From Octopus bimaculoides (lineage: Eukaryota), in NCBI RefSeq assembly GCF_001194135.2, contig NC_068981.1, positions 148,329,282 to 148,381,220 of the forward strand: DNA of 51,939 bases, in the 5' to 3' direction. Shown one piece after another: positions 12,793-24,123 of the stretch (the first letter of the stretch is position 1; every line of letters begins with the position of its first letter). The notes under the pieces are model-generated. The model ran no database searches and had not been told where the DNA came from. It was given only the letters and a program-made list of their open reading frames with translations. Made by a program: the position numbers and the translations under genes.

Positions 12793-14620
12793 GAAAATTA
12801 AGATAAACACTAGTATAAATATTTTGCTCCTAAGTACATTTCGCCATTGCAGTTATTAGATGTTTCAAGTGCACTTGGATACCTAGCTGCATCTTACTGT
12901 TTATCTTTATTTTCCGCTACATATGCCCAATATATCATAAACAGTAACACTGCTAAGTACAGAGGTCGACTAACCCTTATACTGGAACCTGACTAGATAA
13001 TGTTTATCTATAAGGAGCTCTAACTCATACAGTAATAGCCATATATCTAACCGTACACACAAGATAGGTATGTATGTGTGTGTGTGTGTATATATATTTT
13101 AAGAAACAAATTTCAAAGGTCGGTGTATATATTCATTCAATCCATTTCAAGTTATCGAAATTCTCCATAGTATACAATATACATAGATGCGTTCACATAT
13201 ATGAGATATAATAAAAATTTATAAATGCATATACATATGAAGATTTAGAAATATATGAAAATTCATAAATATACAAACACATAAATATAAATACATAGAT
13301 GTACAGGCAAAGTCCGAATGTCCGTATTAGAATCAATGAGGAGGGTAGATAAGAAAGTTAGTATAAAATGATTTATGAGGAATCCTAAATAAGTACAAAA
13401 TCTTATGGCCATTTCGAGAAGATATAGGTTGATATGGGTGAGCTAACTCCAACCATAACAGTTATCTATACTTCTCTCATCAGAGTTAAGGGATTTAAAG
13501 AGTTAAAACTTTAAGGGATATGAGAGGTTTGATAATTTTTAAAAATGAATGTTTAATTAAACCATACTCTTCATACAGATGATATTAAAATTATTACAAG
13601 TTAAGGTACATTACAACACTATATATAATAGTAGTTTAAGAAGAGTCCATAATATAAAGGATGGCTAGATTAGGAGCCTAAAGCCTAATTATTTGGGAGG
13701 AAGAATTTAGAAGTTGAAAGATATTTGTGTCTACAGGTAACTATGACATCAGAGATCTTAAGTAAGCTACCTTTGTTGGCACAGATTATGTGGATTGCCT
13801 CCTTCGTGCATAAATTGCAATTTTTTTTGTGTGTGTTTTATATGGTGTGGCTTCTGTTATTATAGACCAATCTAGACTGAATTCTTTATTGTGCATTTTT
13901 AATTTATTGATGTGGGTAGCTAGTGTGGTTGAACTTTTAGTTTCATGGTTAGTGAATGAGTTTGTATGCACCCTATATCTAATTTTAAAATCAGTTGTAC
14001 TACCTGTGTAAATCATTTTAGGTTCATTAAGGGCTGAGACTTCAACTTTATATATGGCATTTCTCCTTAAACAGAAACCCTTTAGGGAACAAAGCTCCCT
14101 ATTATAACAATTACATGTTTTATTTGTTTTATTTCCAGGTTTAATATTTCTATTTTCAATATCAGTGTTCTTATTATTGTTCTTCATATTAGGGTCAGCT
14201 AAGTTATCTCTATTAGTGCCATTATTTCTAAGTTTAAGTCTATTGTTGGCTACGATAACAGATCCTTGATTGGGTGTGGTCGAGTAAGATAATTTAAGGC
14301 AGGATCTATTAAATATAGAGCGATATTTATGACCTAGTGGGAAGTTCCTATCAATAATGCTAAAAAATAACTTAGGGAGGTTTCTTACCTGGAGGGAAAA
14401 ATGGGGTGTGAACCATATAATTTCCCATCTTCTCCCTGAATTGTTCCTATTCTGCCCAGTATAGTTATTGTTATAATTGAATAAGCTATGGCACCTTCTA
14501 AAATGTTGTTGGTTTCTATATTTGGCAGGGGTTGTTCATGGGAAGTGTGTCAATGTTTGAATTCACAATATTTGGAAACTGCTGGCTTAATTTGTTTTTA
14601 AATATTGTGTTTTTAATATA
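12600..14620 (-). mobile_element. Penelope-like element (PLE) 3' fragment with GIY-YIG endonuclease, degenerate
   Basis: Minus-strand translation: RRWEIIWFTPHFSLQVRNLPKLFFSIIDRNFPLGHKYRSIFNRSCLKLSYSTTPN, then CNC...CSLKGFCLRRNAIYKVEV...MIYTGSTTDFKIRYRVHTNSF...TTLATHINKLK...LDWSII (ORF 13786-14187). This is the typical PLE RT-thumb/linker plus GIY-YIG layout. Outer boundaries uncertain. Confidence 0.85.
13397..13490 (-). ncRNA. Type I hammerhead ribozyme-like motif, intact core
   Basis: Minus strand: ..aact CTGATGA GAGAAG-(long hairpin)-CTTCTC GAAA T GGCC A TA agattt. Core intact, 6-bp stem II base with extension, palindromic stem III (ATGGCCAT), weak stem I. Confidence 0.65.
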
Positions 14621-14884
14621 CTCTTTTACTCTTTTACTTGTTTCAGTCATTTGACTGCGGCCATGCTGGGGCAGGACATTTGAGGAGGAGAACTTGTATC
14701 AAAAAATGAAAGGTTAGTGTGTAACATAGAGAAAGAGAGACAGAAGCAGGTGTCTTTCCACAACAGGTGGGGGGGGGGCGTTAGATGAGGTGATCCAGTA
14801 TCAAATAATGAAAGGTTAGAGTGTAATAGAAAAATAGAAAGGCAGAAATAGGTGTCTTGTTAGAGAAGAGGTACATGGTTACCC

Positions 14885-14888
<4 letters not shown>

Positions 14889-14962
<74 letters not shown>

Positions 14963-15130
14963 CGATAGTGAGAGAGAGGTACAAGGAAGAGGTCAGAAAC
15001 AAGTGTGCTGATGTAAAGGAGATACTTGGTTACCTAGTCAGAGGAAAAACAAGAGAAGGAGAGAGAGAGTGACCAAAGGGAAAGAGAGAGAGAGAGAGAG
15101 AGAGTGACCAAAGGGAGAGAGAGAGAGAGT
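14889..15130. repeat. (AG)n microsatellite cluster
   Basis: Directly visible. Confidence 0.9.
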
Positions 15131-15593
15131 AGGAAACAGCAAAAGTGTAAGAGAGAGTAGAAGAGAAATGGTGTAGTGCTAGGGTATACTCACAAGTAAC
15201 AAGAATATGAGAATAGAACCTGGGTAGAAAAATAGGGTGTGGGTGCTGGGAATGTGGGGAGCAGCGATACAGTGAGCAGAGCAGTGAGGGCAAGAAAGGG
15301 GATTGGAAAACAATCCTGATTTATGAAGAGGAAATGTGAGGAAGAGAAGGATGCAGTTAGAAGAGTTTTAGTTTGATTTCTGAGGGTGAAACAGGTGGGA
15401 CACAACTCTTCTAGCACTCCATAAATAATGTGGTTTCTTTTCAATTGCATGAACTAAAAGTCAGAGGGGGACAAGATAAACTACCTGCATTAACTTACTG
15501 TAAAAGCAGGTAGTAATTTTACCTTGGGCTTATTCTTAGTGCAAGTTTTGAAGAGTGTAGTTCAATTTTAACAGTTATTATTTCAAAGCTGTA

Positions 15594-15716
15594 ATGGAAG
15601 TAACAAAGGAGCATACTTGGCATATTTTGCTTTAGGAGTTCAATAAAAGCAAAAATGCAATGGAAAGTGTGAGGAATATTAATGCAGTATATGGGGATCA
15701 GACAATAAGCATAAGC
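15594..15716 (+). mobile_element. mariner transposase N-terminal fragment
   Basis: MEVTKEHTWHILL*EFNKSKNAMESVRNINAVYGDQTIS, homologous to the N-terminus of the minus-strand copy at 40059. Confidence 0.7.
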
Positions 15717-16942
15717 TAGCACCAAAACAGACACAGGAGTCTGGTGCAGGCTCCTGCCTGGCCAGCTCCTGTCAAACTGTCCAACCCATGCCAGCATGGA
15801 AGGAGAACGTTAAATGATGATGATGATAATAACATATATAAATANNNNNNNNNNNNNNNNNNNNNNNNNNNNNNNNNNNNNNNNNNNNNNNNNNNNNNNN
15901 NNNNNNNNNNNNNNNNNNNNNNNNNNNNNNNNNNNNNNNNNNNNNNNNNNNNNNNNNNNNNNNNNNNNNNNNNNNNNNNNNNNNNNNNNNNNNNNNNNNN
16001 NNNNNNNNNNNNNNNNNNNNNNNNNNNNNNNNNNNNNNNNNNNNNNNNNNNNNNNNNNNNNNNNNNNNNNNNNNNNNNNNNNNNNNNNNNNNNNNNNNNN
16101 NNNNNNNNNNNNNNNNNNNNNNNNNNNNNNNNNNNNNNNNNNNNNNNNNNNNNNNNNNNNNNNNNNNNNNNNNNNNNNNNNNNNNNNNNNNNNNNNNNNN
16201 NNNNNNNNNNNNNNNNNNNNNNNNNNNNNNNNNNNNNNNNNNNNNNNNNNNNNNNNNNNNNNNNNNNNNNNNNNNNNNNNNNNNNNNNNNNNNNNNNNNN
16301 NNNNNNNNNNNNNNNNNNNNNNNNNNNNNNNNNNNNNNNNNNNNNNNNNNNNNNNNNNNNNNNNNNNNNNNNNNNNNNNNNNNNNNNNNNNNNNNNNNNN
16401 NNNNNNNNNNNNNNGTGTTAAAGTGCAAAACAATAAAGGCTCGCACACATACAGGTAAACAAACAGGCACACACACACACACACAGACACAGATACACAC
16501 AAAACTATAATGTATATGAGCTCATGTAATAAGTACACTCACTCATTACATAATGATGTGTATTCCTATGGACCATGCATACTCACATAAATACCCATTT
16601 AATGACTACACTAACTACTCTTCACACATATACCCTACATACATACATTCACACATACTATACATGTGTGTTCAACTATATATACTTAACAGCCAAACAC
16701 ACACACATGTACACACGCATACACACAGACACACAGACACACACACACGCGCTTTCTGATCTTTGGGTGCCTTTAGTGAAGTCTGCCCCATAGCCAGCAT
16801 TTTGATCCAATTTCTGGTTTGAGGATATCAAGGTCCTTTCACCCTTCCTTCCAGCTGTTTTGGAAGCCCTGCCAAAAATGTGATTAGGTACACGCATTTT
16901 CCCCACACACATCAAGCCATAAATATGATCTGAGTATCCATG

Positions 16943-16983
<41 letters not shown>

Positions 16984-17310
16984 TCGTACAGACATACATA
17001 AGTACATACACATAGAGAGTCGGACAAATATTTAGTTTCCTTAATAAAAGGTGTATAAATTCACTTATAAAACCTGCAGGAAGTTTGTAAATACATATTT
17101 ATACACATAGACACTGTCTGCATAAACATAAATAGTATATATAAACACATATCTTTGTGTAAGCATGTAAATATGTACACGTAGACACAAAGACACACAG
17201 TTACATGTGTATATGTACATATGAGTACATGTGCATGTGTGTATATATATTTATGTATGTATGTACATATGTATGTATGGATGTAAATAAATATATGTAT
17301 ATATATATAC

Positions 17311-17361
<51 letters not shown>

Positions 17362-17854
17362 NNNNNNNNNNNNNNNNNNNNNNNNNNNNNNNNNNNNNNN
17401 NNNNNNNNNNNNNNNNNNNNNNNNNNNNNNNNNNNNNNNNNNNNNNNNNNNNNNNNNNNNNNNNNNNNNNNNNNNNNNNNNNNNNNNNNNNNNNNNNNNN
17501 NNNNNNNNNNNNNNNNNNNNNNNNNNNNNNNNNNNNNNNNNNNNNNNNNNNNNNNNNNNNNNNNNNNNNNNNNNNNNNNNNNNNNNNNNNNNNNNNNNNN
17601 NNNNNNNNNNNNNNNNNNNNNNNNNNNNNNNNNNNNNNNNNNNNNNNNNNNNNNNNNNNNNNNNNNNNNNNNNNNNNNNNNNNNNNNNNNNNNNNNNNNN
17701 NNNNNNNNNNNNNNNNNNNNNNNNNNNNNNNNNNNNNNNNNNNNNNNNNNNAGTAATCACCAGTGTATTTTTGGCGATTTAATAACAAGTTTTGACTGTT
17801 ATTTCAAGCAGGTAGACATACTTAGTATGTCCTTTGATTAATTATATATATCAT

Positions 17855-18090
17855 CATCATCATCATCATCATCGTTTAACGTCCGCTTTCCATGCTAGCA
17901 TGGGTTGGACGATTTGACTGAGGATTAGTGAAACCAGATGGCTACACCAGGCTCCAATCTGATTTGGCAAAGTTTCTACAGCTGGATGCCCTTCTTAACG
18001 CCAACCACTCAGAGAGTGTAGTGGGTGCTTTTACGTGCCACTCAGGCGGTACTGCCAACGGCCACGCTCAAAATGGTGTATTTTACGTGC
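17855..18090 (-). mobile_element. RTE-3'-tail non-autonomous element (family C)
   Basis: (cat)n cgtttaacgtccgctttccatgctagcatgggttggacg..gtgcttttacgtgcca; same tail as the RTE at 46340. Other copies ~5230-5500(+), 11320-11500(+), 18350-18725(+), 37490-37770(-). Confidence 0.82.
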
Positions 18091-19164
18091 CATATATATG
18101 AACATTGTTCTTGCTTCTCACTAAGAGAATTTTCAAAGGTAAGAGACCATGTGTGTGTAATGTAGGAAAGAGAGTGAGCTCTTGTGATATATAATCCATT
18201 GGATTAATATCATTATACTCTTCTTTGTACTACCAGGTTGATGAATGCTTTGTGGTCACCTCTATGACAAGCAATATATGTTTGTTATGAGATTCTTGTG
18301 AGAGAATACAAAGGTAGCTTTCTGTTGCCGTCTTTCAGGTACCTTATTTACAAGATGCCCATGCTGATGCCATGTTAAAAACACCCATGCTTGTGTCACA
18401 TACAAAGTTCCTATACTGGTGTTATGTATCAGCATAGCACCATACCAGTGCCATATAATAGCACTAGTACCAGGTAAAAAGCAATTGTGCTGCTGCCACA
18501 TAAAAAGCGCCTGTGCCAGTGCCACATAGAAGCACCTATGCAAGTGCCATGTAAAAAGCACCTAATACACTCTGTAAAATGGTTGGTGTTAGGAAGAGCA
18601 CCTTGCTGTAGAAACCATACCAAAACAAACAACTGGAGCTTGGTGCAGCTCTCTGGCTGGCCAGCTCTTGTCAAACTTCCAACCCATACCAGAATGGAAA
18701 ATGGACATATGATGGTGATGATGACACTATCTTGATGGTATGGGCAGTGAGAAAGTAAGGAGTTGGAGCAAATACCATAAAGTATTTTGTCTAGCTCACA
18801 TGGCTGTGTAATTCAGAAGGCTGTTTTGCAGTCACATGGTATCAGGTTGAGTCCTACTGCATAGCACCTTAGGCAAATGTCTTCTACTATAGCCCTGGGC
18901 TGACTGATGTCTTGAGACTGAATTTATTGGCAGACAAAAACTGTGTGGAAGCTTGTTGCATATATGTATATATTTCTGGTCCTGATTTGCAAATTGAATA
19001 GACGATGTATCAGAGCTTGAAGATTGCTTGGAGATACAAAGTATGTTATAAAAACCTATCTAGACCTGCACCTCCAAAACAAGAAACTATTAGTAGCTCA
19101 TATCTTTATACTATGAACAAGGAGGAGCTATTTAAAGAAGTGCTAATCTTTAACTGTGGGAGGA

Positions 19165-19560
19165 ACCTGTGAAAGAGGTAGACCCAGGAAGACATGGGAT
19201 GAAGTGATGAAGCATGATCTTCGAATGTTGGGCCTAATGGAGGTATTGACAAGTGACCAAGATCTTTGGCAATATGCTGTGCTTGAGCAGATTCATCAAG
19301 CCAAGTGAAATTGTAGCCGTGGCCATTGCCAGTGTCATGTAAATGGCACTCAGGAAATCGTAATGGTGGCTGTTGCTGATCTCATGTAAACGGCACCCAT
19401 GCTGGTGGCACATAAAAAGTGCCCATTATACTCTTGGAGTGGTTGGCATTAGGAAGGGCATCCAGCCATAGAAACACCATGCCAAATCAGACTGGAACCT
19501 GGTGCAGCCCTCTGGCTTACCAATTCAAGTTGAACTGTCTAACTTATGATGATGATGATG
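19165..19560 (+). mobile_element. RTE LINE extreme 3' end
   Basis: GTCERGRPRKTWDEVMKHDLRMLGL..DQDLWQYAVLE followed by the same 3' UTR and (GAT)n tail as the 46340-48162 element. Confidence 0.8.
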
Positions 19561-20432
19561 ATATATATTCACACTTGTGCATGTCTCTGTGTTTGTCCTT
19601 GCTACTACTTGACAACTGATGCTGGTTTGTTTACATCCCTGTAATTTAACAGTTCGGCAAAAACGATGTGTGCTAGTGTTGATTTGTTCGGCTAAACCCT
19701 TCAAGGTACTGCCCCACCATGGCCACAGATAGTTCAATGAGTGAAACAAGTAAAAGATAAAGTTCTAGTCAACCCACTGCCCTGGGATGATCCTTTATTT
19801 TATTGACACTGGGAGGATGAAAATCAAAGCTGAACTTAATACAATTCAGAACATAATAATAATTTTAAAAAAACAAAAAAAAAAAACAAGTAAAAATTAA
19901 AAAAAAAAACCATTACAAAAAGTAACAATACAAAACAAAAACTACAAAGGTATTTTACTTGAAACCTCTAATGATTCAGTCAATTCATTGTTTTATGTTA
20001 CTAAAAATTTAATAATTACATTATTGACCTTCATCTTACTAAGTTCCATTTTGTAGATCTTGGAAGAATGAAAAGCAAAATCAATTCCAGCAGGATTCAG
20101 GTTTGGAACACAGCAAAACGAAGCTCAATGCTTTAATGAATTTAGTCTTGTCTCTGCACTCTTTCACCCATCTCCACTAATAAGACCAACACTAAAAATA
20201 TTGATTTCTAACATAGGTAACAAAGCTTCCAATTCAGGGGATTGATGTAGTTAATTATATCAACTTCAGTGCTTGACTGGTAATTCATTTTATCAATGAA
20301 AGATAAATTTAACCTTGATGAGATTTGAATTCAAATCACCAAGAGCTGTAATGAAACATCCACATCATTCCTTTAATATCCACTTTCCCATGCTTGCATG
20401 GGATGGATGGAGTTTATTGAGGTAGATTTTCC

Positions 20433-20651
20433 ATGAGGGGGTGCTGAAAACTTCCTGGCTTAAAGAGTATCACAAAAGGCCTGGTTGGAGGCCCAACCTT
20501 CCAAGTTCTTTTACAGGGCTTAGAAAAACTGAAGGACCACTGCAATAAGTGTGTGAATCTGAGAGGGGAATATGTTGAATAAAATCATAATTAACTGATC
20601 CTTCTGTATTTTCTTTTACCCAAAGTCAGGAACTTTTCATGACCCCTCGTA
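20433..20651 (+). mobile_element. mariner-derived MITE inserted in a SINE
   Basis: TIRs atgagggggtgctgaaaacttcctggctt / aagtcaggaacttttcatgacccctcgta; interior encodes the transposase C-terminal remnant GLEKLKDHCNKCVNLRGEYVE*. Confidence 0.8.
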
Positions 20652-20711
20652 TGGTTGGATGCACTTCTTGTCATTAACCCTCACCTGCTTCTAAGCATGG
20701 TAATATTTCCT

Positions 20712-20966
20712 TATGGTTAGGCATGTTTTTGCAGAATATTGGAAATGAATGACATTCAATCACAACAATCATGCAATAACAAGAAAAGGAAAGGGAAACA
20801 AACACACAAATACACTCACTCACAACATATATGCATATGTATGTGTATGTGTATACACACACACATACATATATACATACCCACACACATCCACATATAT
20901 ATTGCATGATTGTTGTGATTGAATGTCATTCATTTCCAATATTTTGCAAAAACATGCCTAACCATA
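20712..20966. repeat. Near-perfect inverted repeat, 67-bp arms, 121-bp spacer
   Basis: 20712-20778 and 20900-20966 are reverse complements with one mismatch. Confidence 0.9.
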
Positions 20967-21014
20967 TATTTTTTTCTCCTTATTTTTTTTTTCTCCTTGT
21001 TTCTTTCTGTGTTC

Positions 21015-21050
21015 CTTTCTGTTGACGAGCGTAGGCTCGAAACGTCAATG
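21015..21050 (+). ncRNA. Minimal hammerhead-like motif (A6U variant) in a short TA-flanked repeat
   Basis: cttt CTGTTGA c GAGC gtag GCTC GAAA CG TC aatg; stem II 4 bp, palindromic ACGT stem III, stem I 3 of 4 pairs. Confidence 0.55.
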
Positions 21051-21355
21051 ACTTTCTCTATTCCCAAGCGTTAAACTAATACATCCATTTGTTGTTTACA
21101 CCACCTGTCTTCGTCTGTTGTTTTTTTTTTCGTGTAAATTCTCCCATATATATTTATATATATATATATATATAAATGGAACAAAAATACAATAGAAGAC
21201 AAAGTGGCTAGTTGCAATTTAAAACCAAAAGTGATTAAAAGTGACTAAGGGTGCAAGTCAGCACCAGCATTGCTAGAAATAAGAGTCAAGACAACTCATA
21301 TATGTAGGATTTTTTCCTCCGTCTTTCTTTTCTCTTGGACTTTCCTCTGTCTCCT

Positions 21356-21390
21356 GTTTTTAAAGAAGAGCTTTGCTCGAAACGTAAAAC
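21356..21390 (+). ncRNA. Minimal hammerhead-like motif, degenerate core
   Basis: gttt TTAAAGA a GAGC ttt GCTC GAAA CG TA aaac; stem I gttt/aaac perfect; CTGANGA box has two transitions. Confidence 0.45.
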
Positions 21391-21437
21391 CACCTTTCTT
21401 TCCTTCCCTGAGCGTCTACTAATACTTNNNNNNNNNN

Positions 21438-21468
<31 letters not shown>

Positions 21469-21896
21469 ACACACATATATATTAATGCTAGTTTCCTTAC
21501 CAACTTTTAATAAAAGCAATTTTACATTAAAGTGAAGGATTATTCAGTACTTTTTGTAGAGTACTTATTTATTATTTCTTAACAAGAATAGTGCTGACAC
21601 TATTCTTGTTAAAGAATAATACACATACACAAACACATGCATGCACACATACACACACATTTCTATATATGTTTATATATTTGACTAGCTTCTTTGACTT
21701 TCTATCTACCAAATCCATTCACTAAGCTTTGGTCAACTGGGGCTATAATAAAAGACACTTGCCCAAGGTGCCATGTATTGGGACTGAACCAGAAGCCATG
21801 TGGTTGGGAAGCAAACTTCTTAATCACATAACCACACCTATTTTGTCTGACGCTATAATGGAAGTGTGAAAATATTTAGAATGTGTTTTCACTTAC

Positions 21897-21964
21897 CTGA
21901 ATTGCTGTATAGTCCAATTTATAAATATATTGGCAATCTATAATAATAGCTTTGGGCTCGTCCC
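21897..21964 (-). CDS. SLC26A11: SLC26A11-like exon (STAS core)
   Basis: ctttctatag|GG...CAG|gtaagt, 68 nt, phase 1/0: (G)DEPKAIIIDCQYIYKLDYTAIQ; STAS IIxDCxxxxxxDYT motif; phase fits the upstream exon. Confidence 0.93.
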
Positions 21965-22019
21965 CTATAGAAAGTGTGTGAGAGAGAGAGAGAGAAAGGA
22001 AGAAAGAGGTTAAAAATAA

Positions 22020-22260
22020 TTTCATATTTCTTTATTGCCCACAAGGGGCTAAGCACAAAGGGAACAAACAAGGACAGACAAAGGGATTAAGTCAATTACA
22101 TTGACTCCAGTGCATAACTGGTACTTAATTTATTGACCCTGAAAGGATGAAAGGCAAAGTTGACCTCAGCGGAATTTGAACTCAGAACATAACAGCAGAC
22201 GAAATGCCGCTAAGCATTTCGCCTGGTGCGCTAACATTTCTGCCAGCTCACCGCCTTAAT
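22020..22260 (-). mobile_element. SINE family D
   Basis: ..actggtacttaatttattgaccctgaaaggatgaaaggcaaagttgacctcagcggaatttgaactcagaac..gccagctcaccgcc. Homologs at ~585-790(+), 3520-3680(-), 11500-11710(+), 31255-31460(+). Confidence 0.75.
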
Positions 22261-22831
22261 AAATAATTTCAATGAACAGAAACACATCATTTCAATAATA
22301 ATTAAAGTGAGACATTAAGATACAAAGTCTTGTATTTTACTGGCTGAGCTGATATGAGTAACTAAGTCTGTGACTGTGAGCGATAACATTGTGTAACACG
22401 ATATTTACCCTTGTGTAGCAACTGTTATTTCCTATTTGCTTACCCCTAGAAAGTATGAAAGATGGCTAATATTTTCTTCAAACTTTGCTTTTGTTACATT
22501 TATCCAAACCTCAAAGAATCCCTCTCATCACATGGCTGTGATGCTCCCCCACTACTCCTGCTCATGATCAGAGATGCACATATTGTCAGCCAATAAGGAA
22601 CATGCTCAGGTGGTTATGGTCAAGCAAATGTGGTATTAAGCAGAATATTTGCTATAACAATATTTCTGTTTCAGCAACTCAGCATTGACTGTCTGAAATG
22701 TAATGGAAAATAGGTCAGTTTCAAAACATTGACGTCCAGGTTACAAAAACAAAATTTGAAGGGAATACTAGTCATTTCCTTTGATTTCGAGATGGAAGTA
22801 AATAGGAAATAAAAATGACTAAAGACAAAAA

Positions 22832-24123
22832 TCTATATATATATAATTCTTTGTCTGTCTGTTTCCAATGCATTCTAATATGGCTCAACCAAATCAAATC
22901 AAATTTTACATGGTACTAGTATCAGACCCAGTGAGTGTCAACATGCAATTTTTTCTTTTTTTTCATTTGGATTAAAACAATACAACATTGGCACTGGTTC
23001 AGTATTACATGTCAAAAGTGAAAGAGTACCATCTATATTGTAATGTGATATAATATTGTTTCACTTTTAATTCTAATATGATAAGACTATAATATTGTTT
23101 CACTTTTCATTGTAATTATATCCTAATGTGAACAACATTACACATCGGCAACTATCCATCTTTACGGCCACAACAGCAGAATAGTATGTCAGTGTATATG
23201 TGTTGACTGACATAATGAACAGCTGGAGGTGAAACTCTTGACAAAAAACAATGAGGTGGCAGGTCCAAGGTATATAAAAATACATATTTACCATTCAATT
23301 ACTAGTTAATAATTATCACAGCGGTTGCAAATTTACCATCAAATTAGCAGTTCATACATGTGCTTCTATTTGGTTAATTTATACCGCATACAAAAATAAA
23401 GACATATTACATACATACAACTGCTTACAATAATAGAGATTACTGTATAATTTTTTCTATGTTTATAATTTTTGGCTTACAATATTAAAAAAATATGCCA
23501 CCAAAGAAAAGATGTAATCCCTCTAGAAACAAGTACAAAGCAAGGAAGATTGTAGAAAACTGAAGGCAAGAGTCTCAAGAGAAAGGAGACAAGATCAGCA
23601 AAAGCATGCTGCAGCATGTCTGATAGAGTCTCAATACAGAATGGAGATGAGACTTTCCCAAGATCAGCAAAAGCATGCTGCTTTCAGATATGATCCATCC
23701 TATTCTTATAAAAACGATAATTTTGTCCAAACTGGTGTGCTATATTCAAACTGTCATTTCTGCAAAGCTTTAAAATTTCCAAATGAAACTAGTGACATGT
23801 GCTTCTCAGGCAGTAAGGTAAGATTGCCAGCACTACCAGCTCCTCCTCAACCTCTTATAGCTCTTCTGGAAGGCACTTCTATCCAGTCAAAAGATTTTCT
23901 GAACAAAGTCAGACAATACAACTCTGCATTTCGAATGACACCATTTGATGCATCTAAGGAGATAGTTGAACATGGATTTACACCAACGTTCAAAGTTCAA
24001 GGGCAAGTCTATCATCTCATCAGTTCCCTGTTACCCACAAATGAACAACCGCAGTTCCTCCAAATTTACTTTATGAGTGATGTAGGACAACAAACCCAAA
24101 GGAGGTGTCAAAACTTCAGATGA
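22832..24123 (+). mobile_element. Helitron 5' portion (N-terminus of Rep/Helicase), truncated
   Basis: A|TCTATATATATAT 5' end at 22832. ORF 23641-24123: CHFCKALKFPNET..MC..G.KVRLP.LP.PP.PL...FL.KVRQYNSAF.MT...FTPTFKVQGQVYHLISSLLP...FLQIYF, typical of the Helitron helicase N-terminal region. Confidence 0.88.

Noticed and set aside
15744-17788. Long ORFs made of X residues (also near 1.0, 34.1, 36.5, 39.3 and 49.1 kb)
   Set aside because: They are open only because of N-runs and (TA)n or (CA)n microsatellites.
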